Shown here: positions 20,506 to 33,621 of the stretch, piece after piece
Layout of the letters: each line of letters opens with the position of its first letter
How positions within the stretch are numbered: position 1 is the stretch's first letter
Assembly: GCA_048128005.1 (NCBI GenBank)
Contig: JBEUKZ010000093.1
Coordinates: 186,001-250,000 of the forward strand
Direction of reading: 5' to 3'
Length of the DNA: 64,000 nt
From: Veleropilina oligotropha
Taxonomy: Eukaryota
Notes under the pieces: model-generated
Databases searched by the model: none
What the model was told of the DNA's origin: nothing
The model's input: the letters and a program-made list of their open reading frames with translations, nothing else
Made by a program: the position numbers and the translations under genes

Positions 20506-20637
20506 AGCCCGATATGTCTGCCCCTAACTGCAAGCTCAAAATTCTGATGGTCGCCTGTTTAACCCTAACACTAAACAGGCGACCGTCAGAATTTTGAGCT
20601 TGTAAATCAGCAGATCAGGGCAGATTTATCTGGCTAG
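20506..20637. mobile_element. Fold-back MITE with GTCTTTGGG 9-bp TSD (also at 39030-39161 and 63759-63882)
   Basis: Long inverted arms CAAGCTCAAAATTCTGATGGTCGCCTGTTTA/TAAACAGGCGACCGTCAGAATTTTGAGCTTG; flanking direct repeat. Confidence 0.75.
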
Positions 20638-20764
20638 GTCTTTGGGAATTAAAGAGACTATTGCCCGTAAATACACGAGTTGCCTCTGGCACGAGTTGTC
20701 CTGACTCCCTCTATCGCACGGTTCACGCAGATTGATACACATTTCGCGAAGATATGATCGATAT

Positions 20765-22701
20765 ATGATCAAATGATAGACTTTTATTGAAATTATTATT
20801 GTAACTGGGCAATATATGTTATTGTCAAGTAGAAAGCTATCTTACTTGACGAGTAGAAACCAACGCAGTGTGCTCCAATTAGATCAATTGGAAATGACTG
20901 CGGTTTTATTATTTTTAAATATTCAATAGCGATTAACTTAAACGGTAGCAAGTTACTGACGAAAGTTGAGTGTTGAAATTTCTTAACTTTTTAAGTTATA
21001 AACAAAAAGTATAATGCAGTTAGTTTTCTTTTAAAAAAGAAAGAGCGCATTTCCGGCAATAGTATCTTTAAGAAGGGGTTGTTAAAGGTTGAGGTCATTG
21101 CTGACATGCGTTTAAACGTAAACTCTTTATTGTGAGTGGAGCGAGTCCTAATATTCGGATCTATGTCTTGTCTCCCCTCATTTATATTATTGAAATCAAA
21201 AGAAAACAATAAAAGTGGTATTTTGTGTATTTAATTATCACCTACTCAAAATGCATAATAAAGTACTTGCTTCAATCATAACTATTTTTAACCTGTTCTC
21301 CGCAGGGTGAAATATTTTCCCATGTTTATCGTTTATCCAATATTCACATATGAGAAAAGCGATTGGCGACTAAACGGATTTACAACCCACCCCATATATC
21401 ACTGCTCTGCAGTGAAATATTAGCTTTCGTAATGCAATTCATATGATAAAACAGTGGTATTTCGTCTCCTTTACTTTATGCCTCTTGGAGACCAACCGAA
21501 ATTGAATAGGACCATCCATCTTAAAATTTCTCAAATATTGATTATCAAATGCAGGCCTGCAATAACCAAATGTAAAATATCTTGTTTGAACATATTGGAC
21601 AAACTCTGAAGTGAAGCTCATTATGTTGAGCCCCTGCTGCATTTTGTTCGAAATGTTGCACCTCTTTATTAGTAGAATCGAGCAAATACCCTCGTGTAGG
21701 TGCAGGAGTCAATGAGAACGTCAACGTTTAGTTTTGGGATGGTGGGGGGGGGGGGGGGGAGTATAACTCAGGACGAATCACTGGTACAATAATAGCTTGT
21801 GCAAATGATGCAGATTTCATATGAGGATCTCTTGTACACGAAGCTTTAGGGATTCGGGAAAAGGTTCAGACATTCTTCTTCTTATGATCAAATGATAGAC
21901 TTTTATTGAAATTATTATTGTAACTGGGCAATATATGTTATTGTCAAGTAGAAAGCTATCTTACTTGACGAGTAGAAACCAACGCAGTGTGCTCCAATCA
22001 GATCAATTGGAAATGACTGCGGTTTTATTATTTTTAAATATTCAATAGCGATTAACTTAAACGGTAGCAAGTTACTGACGAAAGTTAAGTGTTGAAATTT
22101 CTTAACTTTTTATGTTATAAACAAAAAGTATAATGCAGTTAGTTTTCTTTTAAAAAAGAAAGAGCGCATTTCCGGCAATAGTCTCTTTAAGAAGGGGTTG
22201 TTAAAGGTTGAGGTCATTGCTGACATGCGTTTAAGCGTAAACTCTTTATTGTGAGTGGAGCGAGTCCTAATATTCGGATGTATGTCTTGTCTATTATTGA
22301 AATCAAAAGAAAACAATAAAAGGGGTATTTTGTGTATTTAATTATCACCTACTCAAAATGCATAATAAAGTACTTGCTTCAATCATAACTATTTTTAACC
22401 TGTTCTCCGCAGGGTGAAATATTTTCCCATGTTTATCGTTTATCCAATATTCACATATGAGAAAAGCGATTGGCGACTAAACGGATTTACAACGCACCCC
22501 CATATATCACTGCTCTGCACAGTGAAATATTAGCTTTCGTAATGCAATTCATATGATAAAACAGTGGTATTTCGTCTCCTTTACTTTATGCCTCTTGGAG
22601 ACCAACCGAAATTGAATAGGACCATCCATCTTAAAATCTCTCAATTAGTGATTATCAAATGCAGGCCTGCAATAACCAAATGTAAAATATCTTGTTTGAA
22701 C
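20765..22701 (+). repeat. ~1.12-kb tandem subrepeat (~1.7 units in copy A)
   Basis: ATGATCAAATGATAGAC restarts at ~20765 and ~21884. Confidence 0.9.
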
Positions 22702-23045
22702 ATGCACAATAATGTTGGGTCAAATGATTTGCACTGCTATACATGTACTAACGGGATCACGAATAGAATTGCTTAAGTTTTTGGAAGTCATTAAAATAAA
22801 TTAGTTGAATGATGGTGGTGCGATTGTGTTTTGGAATGTTAGTTCCTACAGCGACCACCGTTGTCAAAATTAGGTGTGCACAAACAATGATCAGGTCATG
22901 ACAATAAGGATTTTGGTCTACTTGTCCATCGGACAAGGTAATCGAAAACTCAACTTGTCCGAACTTTTATTTTGGTTGTCCCGGACGACCGGACAAGCCT
23001 TAATGTCGAGGCCTGAATGATGATGCAAGTATTTCTCATACAAGT

Positions 23046-23267
23046 GCTTCGGTAGCGCAGTGGGTAGAGTGTCCACTCTAAATTCACTGGCTTGTTTCCG
23101 CTGACGCGAACAGTAGTGGGATCGACCCCCGGCTGAGGCAGCACACATTTGTTCAAGTTATGAAGCACAGTTGTCCGGCGACCGGGATAACACAGACATG
23201 TCCTGCCTTGAACCTCTATGTTATCAATATACAGGACATTAAGCATAATTCCTCCTCCTCCTCCTCC
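23046..23267 (+). mobile_element. tRNA-derived SINE with ACAAGT(GC) TSD (duplicate at ~42695-42929)
   Basis: Same family as 17125; (CCT)n tail; ACAAGTGC on both sides. Confidence 0.88.
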
Positions 23268-23752
23268 ACAAGTGCGATATTAGTACTTGCCATTCTATCA
23301 AAGCATGCATACAATTATAACAATTGTACTTAAGAGATGAAAATCTTGTGGACACAGTCAGGTTGGTCTGACTTGTCAATGAAGTTGATGCTCATCGAGT
23401 GTACTGTGTATAATAAATAAGCCATTTATATAAAACAAGGCAAATTAATTAATTTTGATGAAAAATTATGTTACATGTCATATATTCGGAAATGTTATAA
23501 TATATATATATATAATACTGTATAAATAATGCAGTATGCACAGCAAAGTTGAATTGTTGAGATTATGTGGTCAATCTGACCATGCTAAATTTTGCAATAA
23601 TTATGTAAATCGCATAATTCTGCAGGATCTAGGTAATATACCTCAATTGTTCGCGACCTAATACTAATGGTGCTTGGAACAATTTTGTGTCATTACCGGA
23701 GACCATCAATGTGCATACAATCTCAATTACTAGCATCTGTTCTTTTCTTCAG

Positions 23753-23863
23753 GTGATGCTAAAGTCATAACAAAGTCGTGATTATAAACTGATGGTGCTT
23801 ACGTATATATCGGATATCCATATTGAAGATTCATTTCGGGGTCAATACAACAGAGAAAAAGAC
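23753..23863 (+). other. Probable upstream exon of the zinc-finger gene (duplicate 43415-43525)
   Basis: TCTTTTCTTCAG acceptor and GTAAGT donor; next strong acceptor TAATTTTCAG ends at 24560, just upstream of the finger array. Confidence 0.5.
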
Positions 23864-24936
23864 GTAAGTAATAAAAAAAAATTACATTTGTGATGCTGAA
23901 TGAAATGAAATTGACATTTAAATTGCTTTCCATTTACATCATAGATAATTTGTCAGACATTGTGTAGAAGAATGATTTTCATTTGATCACTATTTCGGCT
24001 GTACAATTGCAAACACGATTAAGATCAATGGGACTGCTCGCCATGTCAATCTTAGGTACTCACTACTCTGAAATGTTAAATATTTATTATATGTACAGTA
24101 TTTAACTTTTGTGCGATTCTCAAAATCGTTAAGTAGAAAACAACAGCTGTGCTATTTTCCCCTTTCAAATTAGGCCACCGGATAGTTGATTGATTTACAG
24201 TGGGACTCTTGATTCATACGCTTGCATGATCTCTCTCACGGAAGTGGGTTCAAATCCTTGATAATACATGATCTCATGTATTGACTAAAACTTGTCCCGT
24301 TATCACCTCAAGGTTGTTAAATCATGAAACATCAAGCACGGCTCGAACCAAGCCTTTCAAAACATAATAATTCTGCACTTTGTATATAACAAATTATCTT
24401 GCTTATGCATTTCACGTCTTCGTTTTAATGTAAATGTTGCTTCTGTAAATTATTCTAAAAGATTCTGTCTTATTTAAATTACTAATCCATATCAAACCTA
24501 AGTATTAGTTACCAGAAACACATAAAATATTGAGTATGTTGCCTTTCTATTAATTTTCAGATGTCTTGGACACGGACCAAACTCTGAATGAAATGCCAAG
24601 CCGCTGAGTCGATGAAGAATACACCAATAATCTCCTAAATTTCATCAGTGGATTCAGTGATGTAATCGCGAATCCTGCTCCAAAGAAAAGGTTTTCAGTG
24701 CAGCGTGCAGGAAATATTTAGTTATTATTGAGCAAGTGAGAAGGAATAACTTTTTGACGTTATTTAGTTGATTAAATGCATTCATTCTGTCGGCATGCTT
24801 GGCCCCACAAGAAAAACTGAACATGATAACTACACATGAGTGAATTATCGTCTACTGTGTCTGCGATAAATCAGCACTCTCATGCTCCATAATATGCTAA
24901 TCAACACGAGGGAAAAATAGAAATCTCATCCTTGCA

Positions 24937-26547
24937 GTGAGCCCTGCACGTCATCTTCAAATTTTCATTATCTATAGTAACATGCTGCAATCCATACAGG
25001 AGGGAAAGAGTATCCCTGTACTTTATGGGACAGGTGATTTAACACGTCCAGGCGTCTCTATGAACACACCCATGCCGGATAAAAAGGTGTATAAATGTAG
25101 TGTCTGCGACAAATCATTTAGCCATTCAAGCGATATCAAGCAGCATATGCTAATCCACACAGACGAGAAACCTCATAAATGCAGTGTCTGTGACAAATCA
25201 TGTCGCCTTTTAAGCAATATCAACGTGCATATGCTGATCCACACAAAAGAGAAACCCCATCAATGCACTGTGTGTTATAAATCATTTACACAGTCAAGCA
25301 CTCTCAAGCTTCATATGCTTACACATACAGGGCTGAAACCTCATCAATGTAGTATTTGCGATAAATCATTTTCACAGCATGGCAGTCTCAAGCGACATAT
25401 GAAAACTCATACAGGACAGAAACCTCACCAATGCGCTGAGTGCCACAAATGCATTGTGTGTGACAAGTCATATACATGTTCTCAGAATCTCCGTCAGCAT
25501 TCTGCCATCCATACTGGAGAGAAGCATCAGTGCCCTGTGTGTGACAAGTCATATTCAAGTTCTCGGTATCTCCGTCAGCATGCTGCCATCCATACTGGAG
25601 AGAAACAGTATCCGTGTACCTTATGCGACATGTCATTTGTTTCAAGAAACACTCTCCATAGACATACTTTAACCCATACAGGAGAAACCCCATATCAGTG
25701 CGGCATCTGTAACAAGTCATTTAACCGATCAAGCAACCTCAAACAGCATATGCTAATACATACAAACGAGAAAACCCATCAATGCAATTTATGTTATAAG
25801 TCATTTTTACAAACATCCTATCTCAAGAAACATATGCTAATCCATACAGGCGAGAAAGCTTATAAATGCAGTGTTTGCGACAAGTCATTTCGCGATTCAA
25901 GCAATCTCAACCAGCATATGCTAATTCACACAAAAGAGAAACCCCATCAATGCAATGCATGCTATAAGTCATTTTCACGATCAGGCCCTCTCAAACAACA
26001 TATCATGCTTATACATACAGGAATGAAACCTCATCAATGTAGTATTTGTGATAAATCATTTTTGGAGCATGGCAATCTCAAGCAACATTTGATTACCTGT
26101 GTGAATACATGACTGAACCGTCATGAATGTATTATTTGCGATAAATTTTTTTCTCAGCTTGGCAGTCTCAAGCAACATATGCAAATCCATTCAGGACAGA
26201 AAGGTCATCAATGCACTGTATGTGACAAGTCATATTCAAGTTCTCGGTATCTCTGTCTGCATGCTGCCATCCATACTGGAGAGAAGCTGTATCCATGTAC
26301 TTTATGTGACAGATCTTTTATTACATATGGCATTCTCAGTCGACATACATTAACCCATACAGGAGAAACCCCATATCAGTGCGGCATATGTGACAAGTCA
26401 TTTAACCGATCAGCTAGCCTCAAACAGCATATGTTAATCCACACGGGAGAGAAACATCACCAATGCAATGTATGTTATAAGTCATTTACACTTTTATGCA
26501 ATCTCAAGCAACATTTGCTAATCCACAAACGCGATCGACCTCAGTAA
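24937..26547 (+). pseudogene. C2H2 zinc-finger array gene (~17 fingers) with in-frame TGA at 26110-26112; degenerate fingers on both sides
   Basis: Repeated CxxC...HxxxH with TGEKP-like linkers; the frame continues after the TGA (ACA-TGA-CTG-AAC, a TGLxxH-like linker); broken fingers at ~24850-25070 and after 26547; true start codon unclear. Confidence 0.88.
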
Positions 26548-26823
26548 TGTGCTGTGTCTGGCAAGTTGTTTTCAAGGCCTCGACTTCTCCAGCAACATGC
26601 AGTTATCCATTCTGAAGTACGGAAACTTCACCAATGAGAGGTATGCTACGAGTCATATTAAAGTTATCAATTCATACCGGAGACAAGCAGTATTGATATA
26701 CTTTGGGCGGCAAATATGTGATATCCCATACCTTTCACTATTAGGCTATTTACAAACAAATACTCTGATATTGCATTGTATTGAATAATAATTTTTCCAA
26801 AATGAAAAGTTGGAGGATGATAT

Positions 26824-28966
26824 GGCCGCTTCGACAGTCGTGTGGTTTCGGTTGCAGACTCAGAAAAATCACTGGCTTGATTCTGTTGATGCGAACCTCG
26901 CTTGGGACATGACATTATTTGTTCAAGTTTTAAATCACAGTTGTCTCTAACTGGTCGGAGAGAGCGGGTTTCGCCGGGCGACCAGGGTTTCCTCCCACGA
27001 TGATATGGACATGTCTTGCTCTCACGATAATATGGACATGTCTTGCTCTCACGATAATATGGACATGTCTTGCTCTCACGATAATATGGACATGTCTTGC
27101 TCCCACGATAATATGGACATGTCTTGCTCTCACGATAATATGGACATGTCTTGCTCCCACGATGATATGGACATGTCTTGCTCTCACGATAATATGGACA
27201 TGTCTTGCTCCCACGATAATATGGACATGTCTTGCTCTCACGATAATATGGACATGTCTTGCTCCCACGATAATATGGACATGTCTTGCTCTCACGATAA
27301 TATGGACATGTCTTGCTCTCACGATAATATGGACATGTCTTGCTCTCACGATAATATGGACATGTCTTGCTCCCACGATAATATGGACATGTCTTGCTAC
27401 CACGATAATATGGACATGTCTTGCTCTCACGATAATATGGACATGTCTTGCTCCCACGATAATATGGACATGTCTTGCTACCACGATAATATGGACATGT
27501 CTTGCTCTCACGATAATATGGACATGTCTTGCTCCCACGATAATATGGACATGTCTAACAGTCTTGCTCTCACGATAATATGGACATGTCTTGCTCCCAC
27601 GATAATATGGACATGTCTAACAGTCTTGCTCTCACGATAATATGGACATGTCTTGCTCCCACGATAATATGGACATGTCTTGCTCCCACGATAATATGGA
27701 CATGTCTTGCTCCCACGATAATATGGACATGTCTTGCTACCACGATAATATGGACATGTCTTGCTCTCACGATAATATGGACATGTCTTGCTCCCACGAT
27801 AATATGGACATGTCTAACAGTCTTGCTCTCACGATAATATGGACATGTCTTGCTCCCACGATAATATGGACATGTCTAACAGTCTTGCTCTCACGATAAT
27901 ATGGACATGTCTTGCTCCCACGATAATATGGACATGTCTTGCTCTCACGATAATATGGACATGTCTTGCTCCCACGATAATATGGACATGTCTTGCTCCC
28001 ACGATAATATGAACATGTCTTGCTCCCACGATGATATGGACATGTCTTGCTCCCACGATAATATGGACATGTCTTGCTCTCACGATAATATGGACATGTC
28101 TTGCTCTCACGATAATATGGACATGTCTTGCTCCCACGATGATATGGACATGTCTTGCTCCCACGATAATATGGACATGTCTTGCTCTCACGATAATATG
28201 GACATGTCTTGCTCTCACGATAATATGGACATGTCTTGCTCCCACGATAATATGGACATGTCTTGCTCCCACGATAATATGGACATGTCTTGCTCCCACG
28301 ATAATATGGACATGTCTTGCTCCCACGATAATATGGACATGTCTTGCTCCCACGATAATATGGACATGTCTTGCTCTCACGATAATATGGACATGTCTTG
28401 CTCCCACGATAATATGGACATGTCTTGCTCTCACGATAACATGGACATGTCTTGCTCTCACGATAATATGGACACGTCTTGCTCCCACGATAATATGGAC
28501 ATGTCTTGCTCCCACGATAATATGGACATGTCTTGCTCTCACGATAATATGGACATGTCTTGCTCCCACGATAATATGGACATGTCTTGCTCCCACGATA
28601 ATATGGACATGTCTTGCTCTCACGATAATATGGACATGTCTTGCTCTCACGATAATATGGACATGTCTTGCTCTCACGATAATATGGACATGTCTTGCTC
28701 CCACGATGATATGGACATGTCTTGCTCCCACGATAATATGGACATGTCTTGCTCCCACGATAATATGGACATGTCTTGCTCTCACGATAATATGGACATG
28801 TCTTGCTCCCACGATAATATGGACATGTCTTGCTCCCACGATAATATGGACATGTCTTGCTCCCACGATAATATGGACATGTCTTGCTCCCACGATGATA
28901 TGGACATGTCTTGCTATGAACTTAACGGTTGGAAATATACAGGACATTCAGCATCCTGTCCTCTCC
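26824..28966 (+). mobile_element. Diverged SINE copy split by an internal minisatellite (duplicate 46486-48557)
   Basis: SINE 5' half (GGCCGCTTCG...GGGTTTCCTCCC) precedes the array and the 3' half (TGAAC...AAATATACAGGACATT...CTCTCC) follows it. Confidence 0.85.
26992..28915. repeat. 27-bp minisatellite, ~70 units
   Basis: CTC(C/T)CACGAT(A/G)ATATGGACATGTCTTG tandem; some units carry an AACAGTCT insertion. Confidence 0.97.
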
Positions 28967-29184
28967 TTTGAGGCTGATATTGTGTCGTATCAAAGAATAA
29001 TTGTTTTAAAATTATATATAACTGGCAATACAAAATACTGCTTAGGTAAACAGGCCTGAAATGTACATGTAAAATGGGAACTATGAATCAATAAAATGCT
29101 TTAACATGAAGAGTAATTTTTATGTGTAGATACCGGTCATTTGCACGAGTGGCCGTACATGAACTCAAACAAGGTGAAACTGTT

Positions 29185-29371
29185 CCGGTAGCTAATAGGT
29201 GAGGCCGCTCCGGCAGCTAATAGGTGAGGCCGCTCCGGTAGCTAATAGGTGAGGCCGCTCCGGTAGCTAATAGGTGAGGCCGCTCCGGTAGCTAATAGGT
29301 GAGGCCGCTCCGGTAGCTAATAGGTGAGGCTGCTCCGGTAGCTAATAGGTGAGGCTGCTCCGGTAGCTAAT
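29185..29371. repeat. 25-bp minisatellite, ~7.5 units (duplicate 48776-48962)
   Basis: CCGGTAGCTAATAGGTGAGGC(C/T)GCT tandem. Confidence 0.93.
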
Positions 29372-30269
29372 TGGGTTCCAATTCAGACTCTACATTCACT
29401 TCATTGATTGCTCCATCTAATTAGTAACAGTGCGTTCTAATCTCTGTTGGTGCAATAGCATTCCCTTTACTCGTCGCAGATGTCCATAACGGACCAGGGT
29501 GAGTGGATTTTCCATGGACCGTGAGATCACGCGATAATATTGACATGTTTTGGTATGGACTTGATGGGTTGCGATAACAGGACGGTAATCCACCCAAACC
29601 AACCATGGTTATGATCCATTTTCTGGAGGCGTCGTGTGCGATGACGTCATAGCATTGGATCACCGAGATATGAACATATCTTACGCTCCTGATATGCCGA
29701 TGACAATCACTTTTGTTCTTATTTATCATTTGTATTGTATTAATCCTAAATGGTTCTCTATAGCATTCTTTTATGAACCTTTTCCTCCGCCTCTAACGGA
29801 AACGTTGGTAAATGTGGATCTGGGTTCGATCTCCTCAATTTCTTGATATTACGTCATTTGAACGACTTGAGACTGAAATTTTCATTTGGAAACTATTTGA
29901 TATGGCAGGTAATAAATGAACGATTTGTCGCCATAGAACGTTGGCAGATGTGACCTGGGCTCGATCCCAGAGAGTGCCATGATAAAAGGTCGCCATTGGT
30001 CAAAATTGTTGGCGTTGTCATGACATTAACCCTCATTGCTTCATCGATCATATAATGAAGCTACATCCCCTTTTTGCCAATCCGGTGGCCGGAGCCACAA
30101 CTGCGGTATTTTTCACAAATGCAGAATAAAGTGTTATATATATATATGTTTTTTTTTTTTGTTTTTTGTTTTTTCTCACCGGGGAGCTAAGTCCCCGATG
30201 TCACATGTATGTATGTATGTATGTGTGCGTGTGTGTGTGTGTGTGCGTGCGTGTGTGCATATTTATTTA

Positions 30270-30790
30270 TTTATCACATGACAAACCTATTATGGAACGG
30301 TAGAAGCCGTTCCATAAATTTCGTTACAAAAGACGTGTCATAAGTATGCAAAGGAGGGCGAGCATGACGGCCGGTCGACGCATCTGGTGCCAAGTTGATT
30401 AGGCGGCGCATCACGCTCATTAACATATTGAATAATTCATACGCGTTGACTCGTCGATTACTGACATTGCAAAGACGAACTATTTTTGTATTGGCGTACT
30501 GGCATGGCGCGTGCTTTCGATGCGTGATGCGTCTGAAGCATGGCAATTTATGGCTGAAAGTACTGACAGTTTTAAAACGTAAAGAAATGAGTTTAAAAAC
30601 GCAATAAAATAAGTTTAAAGGTAAATAAAGTCATGTGATAAAGAAGATATCAAACTTGTTTCCATTTCATATGAGAATTGTGAAACTCGTCAGCAAGTTT
30701 ATGTACCTCGCCATGGCTCGGTACATAAATTGTGCCCGACTCGTTCCATAATTCTCATATGAAATGATGGACACTCGTTCGATATGCTAT
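30270..30790. mobile_element. Non-autonomous hairpin-ended element (Helentron/HINE- or Crypton-like); also ~49878-50528 and inverted at ~57722-58139
   Basis: TTTATCACATGAC / GTCATGTGATAAA inverted pair followed by a long imperfect palindrome; a dispersed copy occurs on the opposite strand. Confidence 0.7.
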
Positions 30791-30880
30791 ATATATGTAT
30801 GTATATATGTATGTATGTATGCATGTACGTACGTACAAACGTACGTACGTATGTATGCATGTATGTATGTATAATTATCA

Positions 30881-33621
30881 AACGCGCTGGCATAGATATT
30901 GAAACAGTTATATTTTAGCTTAATCTTATCATAGAGACTTGGCATTTTGTTTAAAAGTTACTGGATTGTTTATTCTGGTTGAATCAATATTTATTGAAAT
31001 ACATTTCTGAATTATTTCCTTAATTAAGCTTGAGTTAGTGAGACTAACCGTTCTCACTCGTGGTCTTCGGCTTAGAATGAACACGCATATCACGTGAACT
31101 CTTATTTTTGCGATACGCTCTGACTGTTTTGGCATCGAAAGGTACGCTAAATTTGGTTTGCAGTTCTGCGTATTTGCTTTTGATAATTTTAGCAACGTCA
31201 ACATTTTTTCTGTTGTATTGGATTCGAATAGGTATAATGTATCTCGGACCGCGCAGTCCGGAAAGCACATTCATCTCACAAGGATGTTTTGTCATGAGCG
31301 TTCTAATCCAATAACTTTCTCTCTCTCTACGTAGTCGGTCAGTTTCATCTTTTGTCGCTAAAGTTGGTGGTTTTTCAATTGGCATGATTTGGAAATGTTG
31401 TGCTACGCAATGACCAGGTAGGTAAATGGAAATGTTCTGAAACAGGTCCTTCGTTATCTAACCAAATGTCGGAAAGATGCCGGGTAGCACGCACCCTTAG
31501 TGCATTTTTTGTTTCGTCTACATATTGCTTGAGACACAATTTACAGGAGATCATATATATCACATAGAATCGAAATAAATATTAGATTTCATGTTGTAAT
31601 TTGTTCTGGTTTGTTCACTTAGAAATGTTGGTCGATTGTTAATGAACTGGTCAAGTTTACAACGAGATTTACCACATTTGTTAACGCTTCCATTACCAAC
31701 AATCTCTTTATCATGTTCAATTTTAGCAGGTTGGAAATTCAAACTTTTTTCTTTAGCCTTTGATCTGAGTTATCTCAAAGTTATAGATTTGATTTCACGT
31801 AGTTTGCGGGCGGAATAGCCTCGCGGTTTTAGTGCATCAAATAATGTACGACAGGCGTCGTTGAAGTTACTCATGTCACTGGAGTTACGATGGAAACGAA
31901 TAATTTGAGATTTAAGCACACCGTCAAAAGTGTGAGGCTGGTGAAACGACTTGGCATGTAACAACTCATGGGTATCTGTTGGTTTAAAGTAAACTTTGTA
32001 GTCAAGAGAATTGGAGTCGGCAAATAGTTTCCCTTTATAAATGGTCACATCTAGAAAGTTAACTGATTCTTGACTAATTTCTGCTTTAAATTTAATGTTA
32101 GGGTCATGGTTGCTTAACACATCGAAAATCCTCCAAAAGTCATCTGCTGTGTGTTCCCATATTATGAATATGTCGTCAATACAACGTTTATAAAAGGAGG
32201 GTTGTTTCTCTGCATTGTCAAGGACTCCATGTTCCCATTCGGCCATGTAAATTGAAGCAAAGTTAGGGGAAAATTTCTTACCCATTGCACAGCCCATGAT
32301 CGGTTGATAGAATTTACCATTAAACTCGAAATAATTGTTTTTCAAACTCAGTTCAACCAATTTTAAGACCTCTTTGTCAGGCCTGTGTAGTCAGGGTACC
32401 TGTCAAATGCATTTTTAATGGCCTCTAAACCAGCGTCAATGTCAATGTTGGTATACATGGCATCTACGTCCAATGTCACAAGAAACACATCTTTGCTAAC
32501 GGTCAATTCTGATAACTGAGCAAGGAAGTCTTGCGTGTTTTTAACATAGCTGTCGTGACGATTCGCTATTGGTTTTAGGTAATGGTCAATGTATTCAGAT
32601 ATGTGATAAGACTCGGATCCACAGTCTGATACAATCGGTCTGCCGGGTGGCGTACATTCGTCGGTCCATTTGTCAACTGGTTTGTGAATTTTAGGAAGCA
32701 AGTAAACGTTCTGTTTTTAGCACCGTAAGATTTACCCTCGTCAGCTGCCTGTTGAGCATATAGATACTGTATTCATATTGTTTTTTGGTAAGTGCAACTG
32801 TTTCTTTAAAGATCTTAAAACGCTATTGAAGTTATCACGATTGTTTGGTTAGATGGCTCGTCAATTTCTCGGTAGTGTTTTGGATTGTTTAACTGCCTTT
32901 CAGCTTCTCTGATGTAATTATCTCGTTTTAACAGAACTATTGCAGAACCTTTATCAGCTGGTTTGATTACAATATCCTCATCCTTTTTTAGGTTGATGAG
33001 GGATTTACGTTCTTGAAAAGTTAGATTTTGTTTATCATTGACTTTGTTCATATTGCGTACATCGACTCTATATACAATGTATATTGTTATGCACGTATTT
33101 GCCACAAACTTACTTTGTGTATTTTTCAATAATTTTGCCAATCCTGCTAAAATATCACAGTTATAACGGAAGGAATATACTTTATATTGAACATGAAGTT
33201 TTACACGTGATCTTCGGCAGAGCTGAAAACAATTATAGGAACGCGTTTTTTAGTAACAACAATAGAATATATAAAATGGGTTCTTTCACGGAGTAACGAA
33301 GTTGGAAAATAAACTTGTTCAAAAGGCATTATTTTATTATATTGAAGTGAGATAAATTCGTTGTCGGCATGGCCGTCATGAAATATGGGTCTATGTTCCG
33401 TTTGTGAGAATTTATTAACGTCGACTTCGTCTCGGTTAATAAATTCTCACAAACAGGTACATAGACCCATATTCCCCTCGGGCAATGCCGACAACTTATA
33501 ATGTATTTTGTGTTGTAAAACGCACTGGCACAGATATTGATCAGTTATATTTTAGTTTAATCTTATCATAGAGACTTGCCGTTTTTGTTTAAGCTAAACT
33601 GGTTTGTTTATGCTGGTTGAA
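30881..33621 (-). mobile_element. Degraded Penelope-like retroelement (RT + GIY-YIG) with flanking ~100-bp direct repeats
   Basis: IKPADKG, LPKIHK, GRPIVS, LDVDAMYTNI, GCAMG, RCIDDIF, KPTD (RT); IYMISC..C.KQYVDET and RERESYWI (GIY-YIG); stops/frameshifts; pseudo-LTR-like repeats 30881-30983 and 33519-33621. Confidence 0.92.
33345..33503. mobile_element. Long palindromic element end (duplicate ~53085-53243)
   Basis: ~65-bp inverted arms GTTGTCGGCAT...TTGTGAGAATTTATTAAC / GTTAATAAATTCTCACAA...ATGCCGACAAC. Confidence 0.7.

Noticed and set aside
18450..22776. Short AT-rich ORFs repeated in each duplication copy
   Set aside because: They recur only because the DNA is duplicated; mostly non-ATG starts and no protein motifs
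26930..29059. Long repetitive ORFs (MDMSCSHDN / GARHVHIIV / IIWTCLAPT), also at 46329-48650
   Set aside because: Artefacts of a stop-free 27-bp minisatellite read in several frames; phase is broken by 8-bp and 1-bp indels
26992..29371. CRISPR-like appearance of the 27-bp and 25-bp arrays (and the 38-bp array at 627-848)
   Set aside because: Head-to-tail repeats with no unique spacers, no cas genes, eukaryotic context
30881..30983. Hammerhead ribozyme expected in Penelope pseudo-LTRs
   Set aside because: Could not find an intact CTGANGA...GAAA core on the element strand by eye
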